From the NCBI RefSeq assembly GCF_030646845.1, contig NZ_JAUSLE010000031.1:31892-95891 (forward strand): a stretch of DNA of 64,000 nucleotides, in the 5' to 3' direction. The notes under the pieces were generated by a model, which did no database searches, was not told the DNA's origin, and was given only the letters and a program-made list of their open reading frames with translations. Numbering within the stretch: position 1 is the first letter of the stretch; the number at the start of each line of letters is the position of its first letter. Of this stretch, positions 1 to 10,225 are shown one piece after another. Position numbers and translations under genes: made by a program. Origin of the DNA: Rhodoferax sp. Lineage in GTDB: Bacteria; Pseudomonadota; Gammaproteobacteria; Burkholderiales; Burkholderiaceae_C.

Positions 1-6
1 GCGCTC

Positions 7-657
7 GTGGCCGAACTCGCCAACTTCCTGGTGCACCGCGATATTCTTGGCTGGGTGTTGCTGGGCAGCATGCTGTTCTTCAGCTCGCTCGCCTTCACGG
101 TGCTGGAGAACGCAATGTCGGTGATCTTTCATCACCGTGTGGCCATACGGCGGCGCCACTTCCTGATTTCCGCTGTGATTCCCTATGCCTACATCCTGTC
201 ACTCGGGCTCGGTCTGCTGCTGGTGACGCTGGTGGCGGGCAGCCTGCAGGCAATGGGCCAGCAGCAGGTGGATTTTCTGTGGCGCAGCTGGTCGCTTGGT
301 GGGCTGTCCGGCGTGCTGCTGTATCTGCTCGGCTTCGCGGGCGAGATCTTTGTGTTCACCTCCATTTACCTGGTGATGCCGGTCGGCCGGCTGTCGCTGC
401 ACCACGCACTGCTGGGCGCCATTGCAGCGGCGCTGCTGTGGGAGATCTCGCGCCATGCACTCGTGTGGTATTTCACGACGCTGTCCCAGATCGGCACCGT
501 CTACGGCTCGCTGACCACCGCCATCGCGGTTCTCTTGAGTCTCGAGCTGGCGGCCACCCTGCTGTTGCTGGGCGCGCAGGTGATCTCCGAATACGAGCGC
601 CTTGCGAGCGAGGGCCTTGAGGCGCCACCGCAGCCCTTCACAACCGACGCGCGATGA
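7..657 (+). CDS. YihY/BrkB-family inner membrane protein, probably 5'-truncated by the window edge
   Basis: Multi-TM protein ending in YGSL...LLLGAQ, typical of YihY. Confidence 0.75.
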   Translation: MAELANFLVHRDILGWVLLGSMLFFSSLAFTVLENAMSVIFHHRVAIRRRHFLISAVIPYAYILSLGLGLLLVTLVAGSLQAMGQQQVDFLWRSWSLGGLSGVLLYLLGFAGEIFVFTSIYLVMPVGRLSLHHALLGAIAAALLWEISRHALVWYFTTLSQIGTVYGSLTTAIAVLLSLELAATLLLLGAQVISEYERLASEGLEAPPQPFTTDAR

Positions 658-687
658 ATTTGCCAGGCTTTTGAACAGAATTTATTC

Positions 688-742
688 GCTACAAAATCAA
701 TAGCTGCTTACGCTTATTGGACGCGGGCTAGCGGCCTAAAAC
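688..742 (+). repeat. Dispersed repeat copy 1 (GCTAT-N7-ATAGC-N20-GGGC)
   Basis: gctacaaaatcaatagc + 20 nt + gggctagcggcc; one mismatch in the left arm. Confidence 0.8.
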
Positions 743-746
743 ACTC

Positions 747-1394
747 TTAACGCCCGGCCTGGTCGCCCCACAGTTGTTTCAGCCGCGCATCCCGGCCGCA
801 ACTGGTGCGGTAGTACTTGTAGCGAATCGGGTTCTTCTGGTAATAGTCCTGGTGGTATTCCTCGGCGGGGTAGAAGGCGCTTGCCAGCGTGATCTCGGTG
901 ACGATGGGTCCCTTGAACGGTTTGGACTTTTCCAGTGCGGCGCGCGAGGCCTGGGCAATCTTCAGTTGCTCGGCGTTTTGCGCATAGATGGCGGTGCGGT
1001 AGGGTGAGCCGATGTCACAGAACTGCTGGTCTTTGACGGTCGGGTCGATGGTGTGCCAGAAATAATCCACCAATCGCTGGTAACTGACTTTGGCCGGTTC
1101 ATACACGACCTCGACCGCCTCCGCGTGGCCGGTGATGTCGCTTGAGACCTGCTCATAGCTGGGGTTGGCTGTGCGCCCGCCTGTGTAGCCTGAGGTAGTG
1201 GAGATGACGCCGGGGATCTTGTCAAAGTCAGACTCCACACACCAGAAGCAGCCACCCGCAAAAATGGCCTTGGCCGTCGCCGTGGGCGCAGCCCCCGTCG
1301 GTGTGGTTTGCGCACGGACCTGCGCGCAGGTCAGCACCGCAAGAGCGAGTAGGGTCGCCAGGGCGAAAACGTTTGACCGTAGGTGTCGGAACAT
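747..1394 (-). CDS. msrA: Peptide-methionine (S)-S-oxide reductase with signal peptide
   Basis: FAGGCFWC, GHAE and AEEYHQDY motifs; hydrophobic N-terminal signal. Confidence 0.95.
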   Translation of the reverse strand: MFRHLRSNVFALATLLALAVLTCAQVRAQTTPTGAAPTATAKAIFAGGCFWCVESDFDKIPGVISTTSGYTGGRTANPSYEQVSSDITGHAEAVEVVYEPAKVSYQRLVDYFWHTIDPTVKDQQFCDIGSPYRTAIYAQNAEQLKIAQASRAALEKSKPFKGPIVTEITLASAFYPAEEYHQDYYQKNPIRYKYYRTSCGRDARLKQLWGDQAGR

Positions 1395-1516
1395 GGTGAG
1401 CCTCTATCGGGTGGGTAATATGCAGTTGGTCGCGCGAAGGCGAAAAACCTTTCATCAGCATAGCGACGAACACCTGTCCATGATCGTTGCAGTGGCTTCA
1501 ACGCCACCGCGACGCC

Positions 1517-1777
1517 ATGGCCCCAACTCAACAGCGAGACGACTTGAACAAATTAACCCTCGGCAAGGTCAATGACCACGTGTATCAGGTCCTGACGGAC
1601 CAGGGCGCTCACGTGGGCAACCTGAAACTGATCAACGCAGTCTGGAAGTTCAAAGCGATTGGCTACGAGCCCAACGGCGAGGTCATCCCCGGCGGCGGGC
1701 CGCTGACGGACCGGCACAACACCACCTTCGACACCCTCGACGAGGCGGTGATTGCCGCCAGGCTGATGCCAGGCTGA
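1517..1777 (+). CDS. Small hypothetical protein
   Basis: ORF with coding-like GC3 bias; no recognised motif. Confidence 0.55.
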   Translation: MAPTQQRDDLNKLTLGKVNDHVYQVLTDQGAHVGNLKLINAVWKFKAIGYEPNGEVIPGGGPLTDRHNTTFDTLDEAVIAARLMPG

Positions 1778-1804
1778 GAGACTGTTGGCACGCCCGCGTT
1801 ACCG

Positions 1805-2530
1805 CTACCTGTTGCCCTGGGGACCCCGTTGCTCATCTTTCTCGCGCCCGCTCCCCCGCCCCTGCTGCGGCGGCTGCCTGTGCTCCTGCCCGGCTGAGCC
1901 GCCTGGCGGTCTGCGCTGGGAAGGTACAGGGATCCGTTTTACGGCTTGTTCCTCATAGTGCTGGCGCACGACGGCGTCGCGCGGCTGGTAGCGGTAATTG
2001 CGGTCATGCAGCAGCGGCTGCTGTTCGGTGTGGGGGTAGCGATCGCCTGAATAGCCTCGCTGATAAATCGGCAACGGGGCGGGCGCCGGTACAGCCCGGC
2101 GGTCCCACCGGTCCCAGCCGCCTCGACGCTGCTCCCATTCCCTGCCCCAGTGCTCACCCCAGTGTGGCGGTGCATCCGGTTGCCAGCCGCGAAAGTACGG
2201 CGGCGGAACCCGGTAGTAGCGCACGGGGATTCGCAGGATAAAGAAGGGCACGTAGTTGGGGCCCACCAGGCCCCAGGGGCCGTTGTACCAGGAGCTCGCG
2301 TACCAGTTGTCACCGTGGTACACCCAATACATGCCGTCGTAGAAAAAGAAGTTCGCTTCCAGTCGTGGCGCGTAGTAGACCGGGTAGCCCGGTACCCGCA
2401 CCAATTCCGGGTACACCGGCAGATTGAACCCGATGCTCACCCCAGGAAACCCGATGCCGATGCTCACCTGAGCGACGGCCGAAGTCGCCGAGCCCAACAG
2501 CATCAGAAACACAATGAGTAGGTAGCGCAT
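1805..2530 (-). CDS. Secreted Trp/Tyr/Pro/Arg-rich hypothetical protein
   Basis: Signal peptide (SAVA-QVSIGIG) followed by a YYAP..FFYDG.YW..NGPW domain. Confidence 0.7.
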   Translation of the reverse strand: MRYLLIVFLMLLGSATSAVAQVSIGIGFPGVSIGFNLPVYPELVRVPGYPVYYAPRLEANFFFYDGMYWVYHGDNWYASSWYNGPWGLVGPNYVPFFILRIPVRYYRVPPPYFRGWQPDAPPHWGEHWGREWEQRRGGWDRWDRRAVPAPAPLPIYQRGYSGDRYPHTEQQPLLHDRNYRYQPRDAVVRQHYEEQAVKRIPVPSQRRPPGGSAGQEHRQPPQQGRGSGREKDEQRGPQGNR

Positions 2531-2803
2531 TTTTGTCCTCCAAAAAACTGAACTTTTGCCAGACTACCCCTCTCTACCTGGCGACTCCTTGCGCAATCGC
2601 ACATGGGGTGATCGGCGCATCGATGGATATGTTGATTCGTTATGGGCGGATTGGGTTAGACATTTACACAACGTCGCATTTCGACATCAATTTGATACAT
2701 GTGCGCGCCATACTCTCGTTTAACCTGACAGTTCAAGCCCATGCAGGGCGCACCCGTCTCGCCCACTGCATGTGGCGGACCCCTCACACAGGAGAGAAGT
2801 GAT

Positions 2804-3268
2804 ATGAATCCCAACGATACGCCCAGGTCAGTTTCATCGAACAAATCGGGTTGCCAGGTCTCCGAAATCTCGATCGCGCAATTGGTGGGCCAGGTCTATG
2901 AATTCGCACCCCCCGCCGAGCGCAGCCGCCTGCTTGAGCATCTGCTCAAGCCACTGGGCGTGCTGTCCCTCGTCGCCGTGGCCAATGGCATCTTCGCGAG
3001 CATCCGGTTTCGCAGCGGGTGGCCGGACGTGCACGTTCGCATGGAGGATGCTCAAAACGTACAGGCCCGCGACGTGATCACCCTGGTCAACCATGTGCAG
3101 CAGGTCAGCGCCCACGCCGTCGATGGACTGGCCACTTTGCTTGCGGCTTCGCCGGCGATGGCGGGCTCGGCCGCCGCGGCGCTGCTGGTAACCGTGCTGC
3201 TGCAGCGCGCCCGAACCCGTCGCGCCGGTGACGGTGAGCTTGGCGATTCTGGCCCAGCGCGGGCCTGA
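2804..3268 (+). CDS. Hypothetical protein
   Basis: ORF with GGAG RBS upstream; hydrophobic C-terminal helix. Confidence 0.6.
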   Translation: MNPNDTPRSVSSNKSGCQVSEISIAQLVGQVYEFAPPAERSRLLEHLLKPLGVLSLVAVANGIFASIRFRSGWPDVHVRMEDAQNVQARDVITLVNHVQQVSAHAVDGLATLLAASPAMAGSAAAALLVTVLLQRARTRRAGDGELGDSGPARA

Positions 3269-3447
3269 GCGAGCCAGCTGGCAACAAAACGTCATGCCGG
3301 CGCCAATCGCCAGGCTTTGACGAAAAACCGCCAATTTCCCGCTAAGTTCGCCAGGACACAGACGGGCGCCACGCGGCCTGCTCCAATTGATTCACAACGC
3401 GTGCTGATGCACCCTCTCAGAGGATGGGCAATGCGGTGGAGATCGAC

Positions 3448-3507
3448 ATGTATATCGGCGCCGGCACCCTCCTGATCATCATTCTTCTGGTTATTTTTCT
3501 ACGCTAG
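3448..3507 (+). CDS. 19-aa single-TM microprotein MYIGAGTLLIIILLVIFLR
   Basis: GGAG 6 nt upstream of ATG; fully hydrophobic helix ending in Arg; below the ORF-track cutoff. Confidence 0.6.
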   Translation: MYIGAGTLLIIILLVIFLR

Positions 3508-3566
3508 AACACGCCCCACGAATCACCCCGTGCCCGCACGCCAGGGGCGCACGCAGGAGCAAGTTC

Positions 3567-3974
3567 ATGTACAAAAATAGCCAGACCTTCAAATTGTCCG
3601 ACGACGAGGCCAGCCGGTTCGCCGTGCGCCACCGGGAACTGCCACATTGGGCACTCGGGTCGTCCCTTGACCTGCGCGCACCGGTGTGGCCGGGGATTCT
3701 GGCGACGCTGGGCATCATCGCCCTGCTGCTGACCTTTCATCAGGTCGTGCTGGGGGCCGTGGAGCAAGGCGACCTGCGACGGCAAGTCAACGCCACGCAT
3801 GTCGAAGCAACGTGGCGCTGCAACGCCTTGCAGGGCCTGCGCGCCAGCGACGCCTGCCTGACGCAGCTGAATTCGGCGGCGCCTGGCTACGCCACGCAGC
3901 AAGCCGCGAACATGCCACGGGCGCGCCGATCAAATCCCCAGTATGCGCTGACAGCGACCTCAGTTGACGATTGA
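3567..3974 (+). CDS. Hypothetical single-TM protein with a Cys pair
   Basis: AGGAG RBS; TM segment then WRC...C. Confidence 0.6.
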   Translation: MYKNSQTFKLSDDEASRFAVRHRELPHWALGSSLDLRAPVWPGILATLGIIALLLTFHQVVLGAVEQGDLRRQVNATHVEATWRCNALQGLRASDACLTQLNSAAPGYATQQAANMPRARRSNPQYALTATSVDD

Positions 3975-3977
3975 CAA

Positions 3978-4006
3978 TTGAACCAGTAGCTCCCGGCGCC
4001 TATATT
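3978..4006 (+). promoter_or_regulatory. Putative sigma70 promoter for the SDR gene
   Basis: TTGAAC-N17-TATATT. Confidence 0.45.
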
Positions 4007-4076
4007 CGATCAGGGGCGGGCAGCAAGTCGCAGCCGGCGAAACGCTCAGCATCGATCAACAACCGGAGGAATTTAC

Positions 4077-4826
4077 ATGCTTAAGAACAAAGTTGCGCTC
4101 GTCACCGGCGCTTCGTCGGGCATCGGGCGCGCCGTCGCGCTGATCTGCGCTCGCGAAGGCGCCAGGGTGGTGGTGTCGGATATCCAGCAAAAAGGCGGGG
4201 AAGAAACCGTGGCACTGGTGCGCGCGCAGGGCGGCGATGCGATTTTTGTGGCGGCTGACGTTGGCAAGCCGGAGGACGCCGAGGCGTTGGTGGCGCGTGC
4301 CATGGCACATTACGGCCGGCTTGACGTGGCCTGCAACAATGCCGGCATCGGCGGCCCGCAGGCCCCCACGGCAGACTACCCGCTGGACGGCTGGGCGCAG
4401 GTGATCAACATCAACCTGTCGGGCGTGTTCTATGGCATGAAGTACCAGATTGCGGCCATGCTCAAGACGGGCGGCGGCTCCATCATCAACGTCGCCTCCA
4501 TCCTGGGGGCGGTCGGCTTTGCCACGTCCCCGGCCTACACGGCCGCCAAGCACGGTGTGGTGGGTCTGACCCAGGCGGGCGCGCTGGAATACAGCGCGCA
4601 GGGCGTGCGCATCAACGCCGTCGGACCGGGCTTCATCCACACGCCGATGATCAGTGCACTCGAGCAGGATGCGGGCGCGAACGCGATGCTGGTGGCGGCC
4701 CACCCCATCGGCCGGCTGGGCCGCGCGGAAGAAGTGGCCGAACTGGTGGCCTGGCTTGCCTCGGATCGTGCTTCATTCGTCACCGGCGCCTACTACCCGA
4801 TCGACGGCGGCTACCTGGCGCGCTAA
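4077..4826 (+). CDS. Classical SDR oxidoreductase
   Basis: TGASSGIG, NNAG and YTAAK motifs. Confidence 0.95.
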   Translation: MLKNKVALVTGASSGIGRAVALICAREGARVVVSDIQQKGGEETVALVRAQGGDAIFVAADVGKPEDAEALVARAMAHYGRLDVACNNAGIGGPQAPTADYPLDGWAQVININLSGVFYGMKYQIAAMLKTGGGSIINVASILGAVGFATSPAYTAAKHGVVGLTQAGALEYSAQGVRINAVGPGFIHTPMISALEQDAGANAMLVAAHPIGRLGRAEEVAELVAWLASDRASFVTGAYYPIDGGYLAR

Positions 4827-4846
4827 CTGCAGTTAGTTTGATTTCG

Positions 4847-5884
4847 CTACGGCGTTGCGCTGCTCTGATTGGGAATCCCATCGATGGGCGCCTCGTCCGT
4901 GCCTATCGTTGTGCGGGTAAATGACTCCACCTGCGCGCGGGTGCCCTCGGGATCGCGCAGCCAGTTGGCGTAAAAATCGAACGGGCAGGCGGCCACGCCC
5001 TTGTCGCCTTCACCCGAGTTGATCACACCCGTGTAGCCGCGGTGCAGCAGCTTGAAGAGATGGTTCTCGGACTGGCCATTGCGCCGGAAGTCGCGAATCA
5101 GGCTCTTGGACAGGGCCGCATACTGAATGCCCATCTCCTCCTCGCCGCACTCGCCCAGCGTCCGGCCGTCAAAGCCGATCAGGGCCGAGTGCCCGAAGTA
5201 CGAATACACCCCGTCAAAGCCCGCCGCGTTGGCCACGGCCACATAGGTGTTGTTGGCAAAGGCCATGGCCTTGGAGATCAGGATTTGCTGCTCCTTGGCC
5301 GGGTACATGTAGCCCTGGCAGCGCACGATCAGCTCGGCGCCCTTCATCGCACAGTCACGCCAGATTTCCGGGTAGTTACCGTCATCGCAAATGATCAGGC
5401 TGACCTTCATGCCCTTGGGCCCGTCACTGACGTAGGTGCGGTCGCCCGGATACCAGCCTTCAATGGGCACCCAGGGCATTATTTTTCGGTACTTCTGCAC
5501 AATCTCACCCTGGTCGTTCATCAGGATCAGCGTGTTGTAGGGCGCCTTGTGGGGGTGCTCTTCATGGCGCTCGCCGGTAAGCGAAAAGACGCCCCAGACC
5601 TTGGCCTTGCGGCAGGCGGCGGCAAAGATCTCCGTCTCGGCGCCCGGCACGGTGGCGGCGTTCTCATACATCTCTTTGGCGTCGTACATGATGCCGTGCG
5701 TGCTGTACTCGGGAAAGATCACCAGATCGAGTCCGGGCAGACCCTGCTTCATGCCTTCGACCATGCGGCCAATGTTGCGCGCATTCTCCAGTACCTCGGC
5801 CTGGCTGTGCAGCCGGGGCATTTTGTAGTTGACCACCGCCACGCCGACGGTGTCCTTGCTGCTTGATATATCGCCGTGAATCAT
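4847..5884 (-). CDS. amiE: Aliphatic amidase (nitrilase superfamily)
   Basis: HGDISSS N-terminus; FPEY, YRKIMPW and ICDDGNYPE catalytic E-K-C motifs. Confidence 0.93.
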   Translation of the reverse strand: MIHGDISSSKDTVGVAVVNYKMPRLHSQAEVLENARNIGRMVEGMKQGLPGLDLVIFPEYSTHGIMYDAKEMYENAATVPGAETEIFAAACRKAKVWGVFSLTGERHEEHPHKAPYNTLILMNDQGEIVQKYRKIMPWVPIEGWYPGDRTYVSDGPKGMKVSLIICDDGNYPEIWRDCAMKGAELIVRCQGYMYPAKEQQILISKAMAFANNTYVAVANAAGFDGVYSYFGHSALIGFDGRTLGECGEEEMGIQYAALSKSLIRDFRRNGQSENHLFKLLHRGYTGVINSGEGDKGVAACPFDFYANWLRDPEGTRAQVESFTRTTIGTDEAPIDGIPNQSSATP

Positions 5885-5915
5885 ATTGACCTCATTCGTT
5901 GATGCGACCTCGCGG

Positions 5916-6257
5916 TCAGTGACTGATCATCCAGGGGCGCTTGCCCGGGAAGGCCTTGTTGCCGTTGGGGGCCGTTACCGTGGCCCCGCGCTTGCCGGTC
6001 GAACAGCAACCGCAACCGGCCGGGTGTTTGAGCCGCGCATAGTCGCCGGAGCGTTTGGGCTCGTGTCGGGCACGCTCGTTGGCATCCATGGCACGGCGCG
6101 TGCCACCCTCCATCAGGGCCAGGTGGGGAGCGCTGGCAAACACGCGCGGTGCAGCACCGCCACACTCGGGGCAGACAGCCGCCTCGTTGCGTGCGGCCAG
6201 CGTGCGAAACGCGTCGAAGCCCCCGCACTGGGGGCAGGCGTAGTCATAGGTGGGCAT
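5916..6257 (-). CDS. fmdB: FmdB-family zinc-ribbon protein
   Basis: [12 protein letters not shown]...CPECG; RPWMISH end; follows fmdA. Confidence 0.9.
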   Translation of the reverse strand: MPTYDYACPQCGGFDAFRTLAARNEAAVCPECGGAAPRVFASAPHLALMEGGTRRAMDANERARHEPKRSGDYARLKHPAGCGCCSTGKRGATVTAPNGNKAFPGKRPWMISH

Positions 6258-6277
6258 GGGGCTGGCCTCGTGTTGTG

Positions 6278-7510
6278 TCAGATCAGGTCGTGCGACAGCG
6301 GCATGTCGACCTTGCCGTCGATGTGCTTGATGGGCCCCAGCGCATTCGGGTTGATGTCGAAGTCGAAGATCTGCGTCGGCAGCCACAGCGTGGCGCAGGC
6401 ATTGGGCACGTCGACCACGCCGCTGATGTGGCCCTGCACCGGCGCCGTGCCGAGGATGGAATAGGCCTGGGCGCCGGAATAGCCGAACTTCTTCAGGTAC
6501 TCGATGGCGTTCAGGCAGGCCTGGCGGTAGGCCACGTTGACGTCCAGGTAGTACTGCTTGCCGGTCTCGTCGACCGAGATGCCTTCGAAGATCAGGTAGT
6601 CGTTGTAGGCCGGCGTGATGACGCTGGGCTTGAAGATGGGGTTCTTGATGCCGTACTTGGCCATGCCGCCCTTGATCAGGGTGACCTTCATGTGCACCCA
6701 GCCGGCCATCTCAATGGCGCCGCAAAAGGTGATCTCACCGTCGCCCTGGCTGAAGTGCAGGTCACCCACGGAGAGGCCGGCGCCATCTACATACACGGGG
6801 AAGAAAACCTTGGAACCGCGCGACAGATCCTTGATGTCGCAATTGCCACCGTGCTCGCGCGGTGGCACTGTGCGCGCGCCCTCGGCGGCGGCCTTGGCGC
6901 GGGCCTCGCCGGTCATCTTGCCCATGTGGGCGGTACCGGCAGACGGCGGGTTGGCCAGGCCAGGCACGCGGGTCGGATCACTGTCAATCAGGTTCTGCTC
7001 GCGCACATTCCACAGGTCCAGCATCGCCCGGTCAGGCAGGCAGCCGATCAGGCCCGGGTGGATCAAGCCGGCGAAGTTGACGCCGGGGATATGGCGTGAG
7101 CTGGTGAACATGCCCTTGAAGTCCCAGATCGATTTCTGGGCCTCAGGGAAATGTTCAGTCAGGAAACCGCCGCCGTTTTTCTTCGAGAAGAAACCATTGA
7201 AGCCCCACAGGCTGTCCTGCTTGGCGCCGATGTCGAGCAGGTCCACCACCAGCAGGTCGCCGGGCTCGGCCCCTTTGACGCCGACCGGGCCCGACAGGTA
7301 GTGCACTGTGCTCAGGTCGATGTCGCGCACGTCGTCGGCACTGTCGTTGTTCTTGATGAAGCCGCCCGTCCAGTCGAAGGTCTCCAGGATGAAGTCATCG
7401 CCGGGATTGACCCAGCAGGCCATCGGGATGTCCGGATGCCAGCGGTTGTGGATATTCTCGTTGTCGGTGGGCGATTTGCTCAGGTCAACTTTGATCAGGG
7501 TATCGGTCAT
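6278..7510 (-). CDS. fmdA: Formamidase (acetamidase/formamidase family)
   Basis: HNRWHPDIP, PPREHGGNCDIK and GDLHFSQGDGE motifs. Confidence 0.95.
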   Translation of the reverse strand: MTDTLIKVDLSKSPTDNENIHNRWHPDIPMACWVNPGDDFILETFDWTGGFIKNNDSADDVRDIDLSTVHYLSGPVGVKGAEPGDLLVVDLLDIGAKQDSLWGFNGFFSKKNGGGFLTEHFPEAQKSIWDFKGMFTSSRHIPGVNFAGLIHPGLIGCLPDRAMLDLWNVREQNLIDSDPTRVPGLANPPSAGTAHMGKMTGEARAKAAAEGARTVPPREHGGNCDIKDLSRGSKVFFPVYVDGAGLSVGDLHFSQGDGEITFCGAIEMAGWVHMKVTLIKGGMAKYGIKNPIFKPSVITPAYNDYLIFEGISVDETGKQYYLDVNVAYRQACLNAIEYLKKFGYSGAQAYSILGTAPVQGHISGVVDVPNACATLWLPTQIFDFDINPNALGPIKHIDGKVDMPLSHDLI

Positions 7511-7558
7511 GTCACTTCTCCTGGGTTAGGGCGGTTTCGGGATTTTTGATGCTTGCAA

Positions 7559-8248
7559 CTACACGGACAGGTACTGCTTGATGCGCGCAACGTCGGTGTC
7601 GGCGCGGGCTGTCTCATGGACCAGCCTGCCGCCTTCTATGACGAAAAGACGGTCAGCCACTTCGAGCGCGAAGCTCAGAACCTGCTCACTCACAACAATC
7701 GTGATTTCGCGCAGCTTCCGGATTTCGTTGAGCGCCTTGGCGATGTCCTTGATGATGGAGGGCTGAATGCCCTCGGTCGGCTCGTCCAGCAGCAGTACCT
7801 TCGGATTGGTGACCAGCGCCCGGGCGATCGCCAGTTGCTGTTGTTGGCCGCCCGACAGATTGCCCCCCTTGCGCCGGCGCATGTCCCAGAGCACGGGGAA
7901 CAGCGCATAGATCTCTTCGGGGATCACCCGGTGCCTGGCGTTCTCCAGCCCGGTCTGGATGTTTTCCTCCACCGTCAAGGTGGGAAAGATCATGCGGCCC
8001 TGCGGCACGTAGGCGATGCCCTTGGCCACGCGACGGAAGCTTTCGTCGTGGCTGATTTCCTGGCCGGCCACCGTGACGGAGCCACTGCGCGTGGGCAACA
8101 CGCCCATGAGGCTTTTGAACAGCGTGGTCTTGCCCATGCCGTTGCGGCCCATGATGGCCACGGTTTCCTTGCTGGCGGCATCGAACGAGATTCCGTGCAG
8201 CGCCTCGCTTTGCCCATAGGCGACGAAAAGGTCTTTCACATTCAACAT
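7559..8248 (-). CDS. urtE: Urea/amide ABC transporter ATPase
   Basis: GRNGMGKT, LSGGQQQQ and DEPTEGIQP motifs. Confidence 0.92.
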   Translation of the reverse strand: MLNVKDLFVAYGQSEALHGISFDAASKETVAIMGRNGMGKTTLFKSLMGVLPTRSGSVTVAGQEISHDESFRRVAKGIAYVPQGRMIFPTLTVEENIQTGLENARHRVIPEEIYALFPVLWDMRRRKGGNLSGGQQQQLAIARALVTNPKVLLLDEPTEGIQPSIIKDIAKALNEIRKLREITIVVSEQVLSFALEVADRLFVIEGGRLVHETARADTDVARIKQYLSV

Positions 8249-8259
8249 GGTTTGGCTCC

Positions 8260-9003
8260 TCAATGACCCAGGTAGACGTCGATGACCTTGGGGTCGTTCT
8301 GCACTTTGTCCATCGACCCTTCGGCGAGAATTTTTCCCTGGTGCATGACCGTCACCTTGTGGGCGATCTGCTTGACGAATTCCATGTCGTGCTCGATCAC
8401 GATCACAGACCGGTTCCTGCAGATGCGCTGCAACAGCTCGGCGGTCAGCTCGCGCTCCCGGGCGCTCATGCCGGCAATGGGCTCGTCGAGCAGCAGCAGT
8501 TCCGGGTCCTGCATCAGCAGCATGCCGATTTCAAGCCACTGCTTCTGGCCATGACTCAGCAGCCCGGCCTCGGTGTCGAGTTTGTCGGCCAGGTGAATAT
8601 CCTGAGCCACTGCTTTGACGCGGTCCTTCACCTCATCGGTGCACTTGAATGCCAGCGCCCCCATGACGGATCGGCCCTTGGGAAAAGACACCTCCAGGTT
8701 CTGGAAAACGCTCAGGTTCTCGTAGATCGAGGGCGTCTGGAACTTGCGGCCTATGCCCATGCGCACGCGCTGGAACTCGGCCATTTTGGTCAGCTCGGTG
8801 TTCTTGAACTTGATGCTGCCGGCCGCCGCCTTGGTCTTGCCGCAGATCAAATCCAGCAGGGTAGTTTTGCCCGCTCCGTTGGGGCCGATGATCACCCGCA
8901 ACTCGTTCTTGTCGATGTAAAGCGTCAATGCATCGATGGCCTTGAAGCCGTCGAAGGAGACCGTCAGGTCCTCAACGGCGAGCGCGAAATCCGTATTGCT
9001 CAT
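8260..9003 (-). CDS. urtD: Urea/amide ABC transporter ATPase
   Basis: GPNGAGKT and LSHGQKQWLEIGM motifs. Confidence 0.92.
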   Translation of the reverse strand: MSNTDFALAVEDLTVSFDGFKAIDALTLYIDKNELRVIIGPNGAGKTTLLDLICGKTKAAAGSIKFKNTELTKMAEFQRVRMGIGRKFQTPSIYENLSVFQNLEVSFPKGRSVMGALAFKCTDEVKDRVKAVAQDIHLADKLDTEAGLLSHGQKQWLEIGMLLMQDPELLLLDEPIAGMSARERELTAELLQRICRNRSVIVIEHDMEFVKQIAHKVTVMHQGKILAEGSMDKVQNDPKVIDVYLGH

Positions 9004-9018
9004 GGCTTGCTTTCTGGT

Positions 9019-10194
9019 TCAGGCTTGTTGGCCGCTGATGCCGGAGGGCAGCTTGGCGGTATCTTCCGTGCTGCTGGAGGCAGCCACTGCGCTTGAAGGC
9101 AAGCCGGCTTTGCCCAGGCGCCATCTGTTCCACCTGGGAACCACGTGATCCACCCACACACCGGCCAGTCCCATCGGGAAGGCCATGGTGACGCCAATGA
9201 ACATGCCGGCCATCAAGAACAGCCACAGGTCCGGGAAGCTTTCCGAGAAATAGGTCTTGCCCGCGTTGACCAGCAGCGTGCCGTACACCGCGCCAACCAG
9301 GCTCATGCGCCCGCCGACCGCGGCGTAGATCACCATTTCGATCGACGGCACGATGCCGACAAAGCTGGGGGACATGAAGCCGACCTGCAAGGAAAACAGC
9401 GCACCACCAATGCCCGACAGCGCCGCAGCGAGGCAGAAGGTAAAGACGCGGAAGTTGGCCACGTCGTAGCCGGAGAAACGCACCCGGTCCTCCTTGTCGC
9501 GCATCGCCAGCAGCAGGGTGCCGGCCTTGCCGGTCTGGATCCAGCGGCACAACAGGATGCTGCCGATCAGCAGCGCGACGCAGAGGTAGTACAGGATGTA
9601 CTTGGCCGAGTCGGTGCGCGTGTCCCATCCCAGCACGGTCTTCAGGTCGGTCATGCCGTTGACCCCGCCGGTATAGCCCTGCTGGCCGATGATCAACACG
9701 GTGACAATGAGCGCCACCGCCTGGGTGATGATGGCGAAATACACCCCGCCTACGCGGCGCTTGAACATCGCATAACTGATGATCCAGGCCAGCAACGAAG
9801 GCACCGCCACCACCGCGATCAGCGTCAGTGGCAGGCTCTTGAAGGGCAGCCAAAAAACCGGCAGCTCGGTCAACTGGTTCCAGTCCATGAAGTCTGGAAT
9901 TCCTGGGGTGGACTGGATCTTGGTGGTGATCGGGTCACTGGCCTCCAGTTTCAGAAACATGGCCATCGCGTAGCCGCCCAGGCCAAAGAAAACGCCCTGC
10001 CCCAGGCTCAGCACGCCACCGTAACCCCACACCATCACCAGCCCGATGGCGACAAAGGCATAGGTGAGGTACTTGCCCACCAGATTCAGGCGGAAGATAT
10101 CGAGCGCCAGCGGAAAAACCACGGCCAGCAACACGGTGAGCAGCAGCAGGCTGGCCAGCTGGTAGCGCTTGATCAGGTCTTTGAAGTCATTCAT
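9019..10194 (-). CDS. urtC: Urea/amide ABC transporter permease
   Basis: WGYGGVLSLGQGVFFGLGGY; operon position. Confidence 0.9.
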   Translation of the reverse strand: MNDFKDLIKRYQLASLLLLTVLLAVVFPLALDIFRLNLVGKYLTYAFVAIGLVMVWGYGGVLSLGQGVFFGLGGYAMAMFLKLEASDPITTKIQSTPGIPDFMDWNQLTELPVFWLPFKSLPLTLIAVVAVPSLLAWIISYAMFKRRVGGVYFAIITQAVALIVTVLIIGQQGYTGGVNGMTDLKTVLGWDTRTDSAKYILYYLCVALLIGSILLCRWIQTGKAGTLLLAMRDKEDRVRFSGYDVANFRVFTFCLAAALSGIGGALFSLQVGFMSPSFVGIVPSIEMVIYAAVGGRMSLVGAVYGTLLVNAGKTYFSESFPDLWLFLMAGMFIGVTMAFPMGLAGVWVDHVVPRWNRWRLGKAGLPSSAVAASSSTEDTAKLPSGISGQQA

Positions 10195-10225
10195 GGGGTA
10201 GTGCTCCGGGTAATTTTTCGGACGT

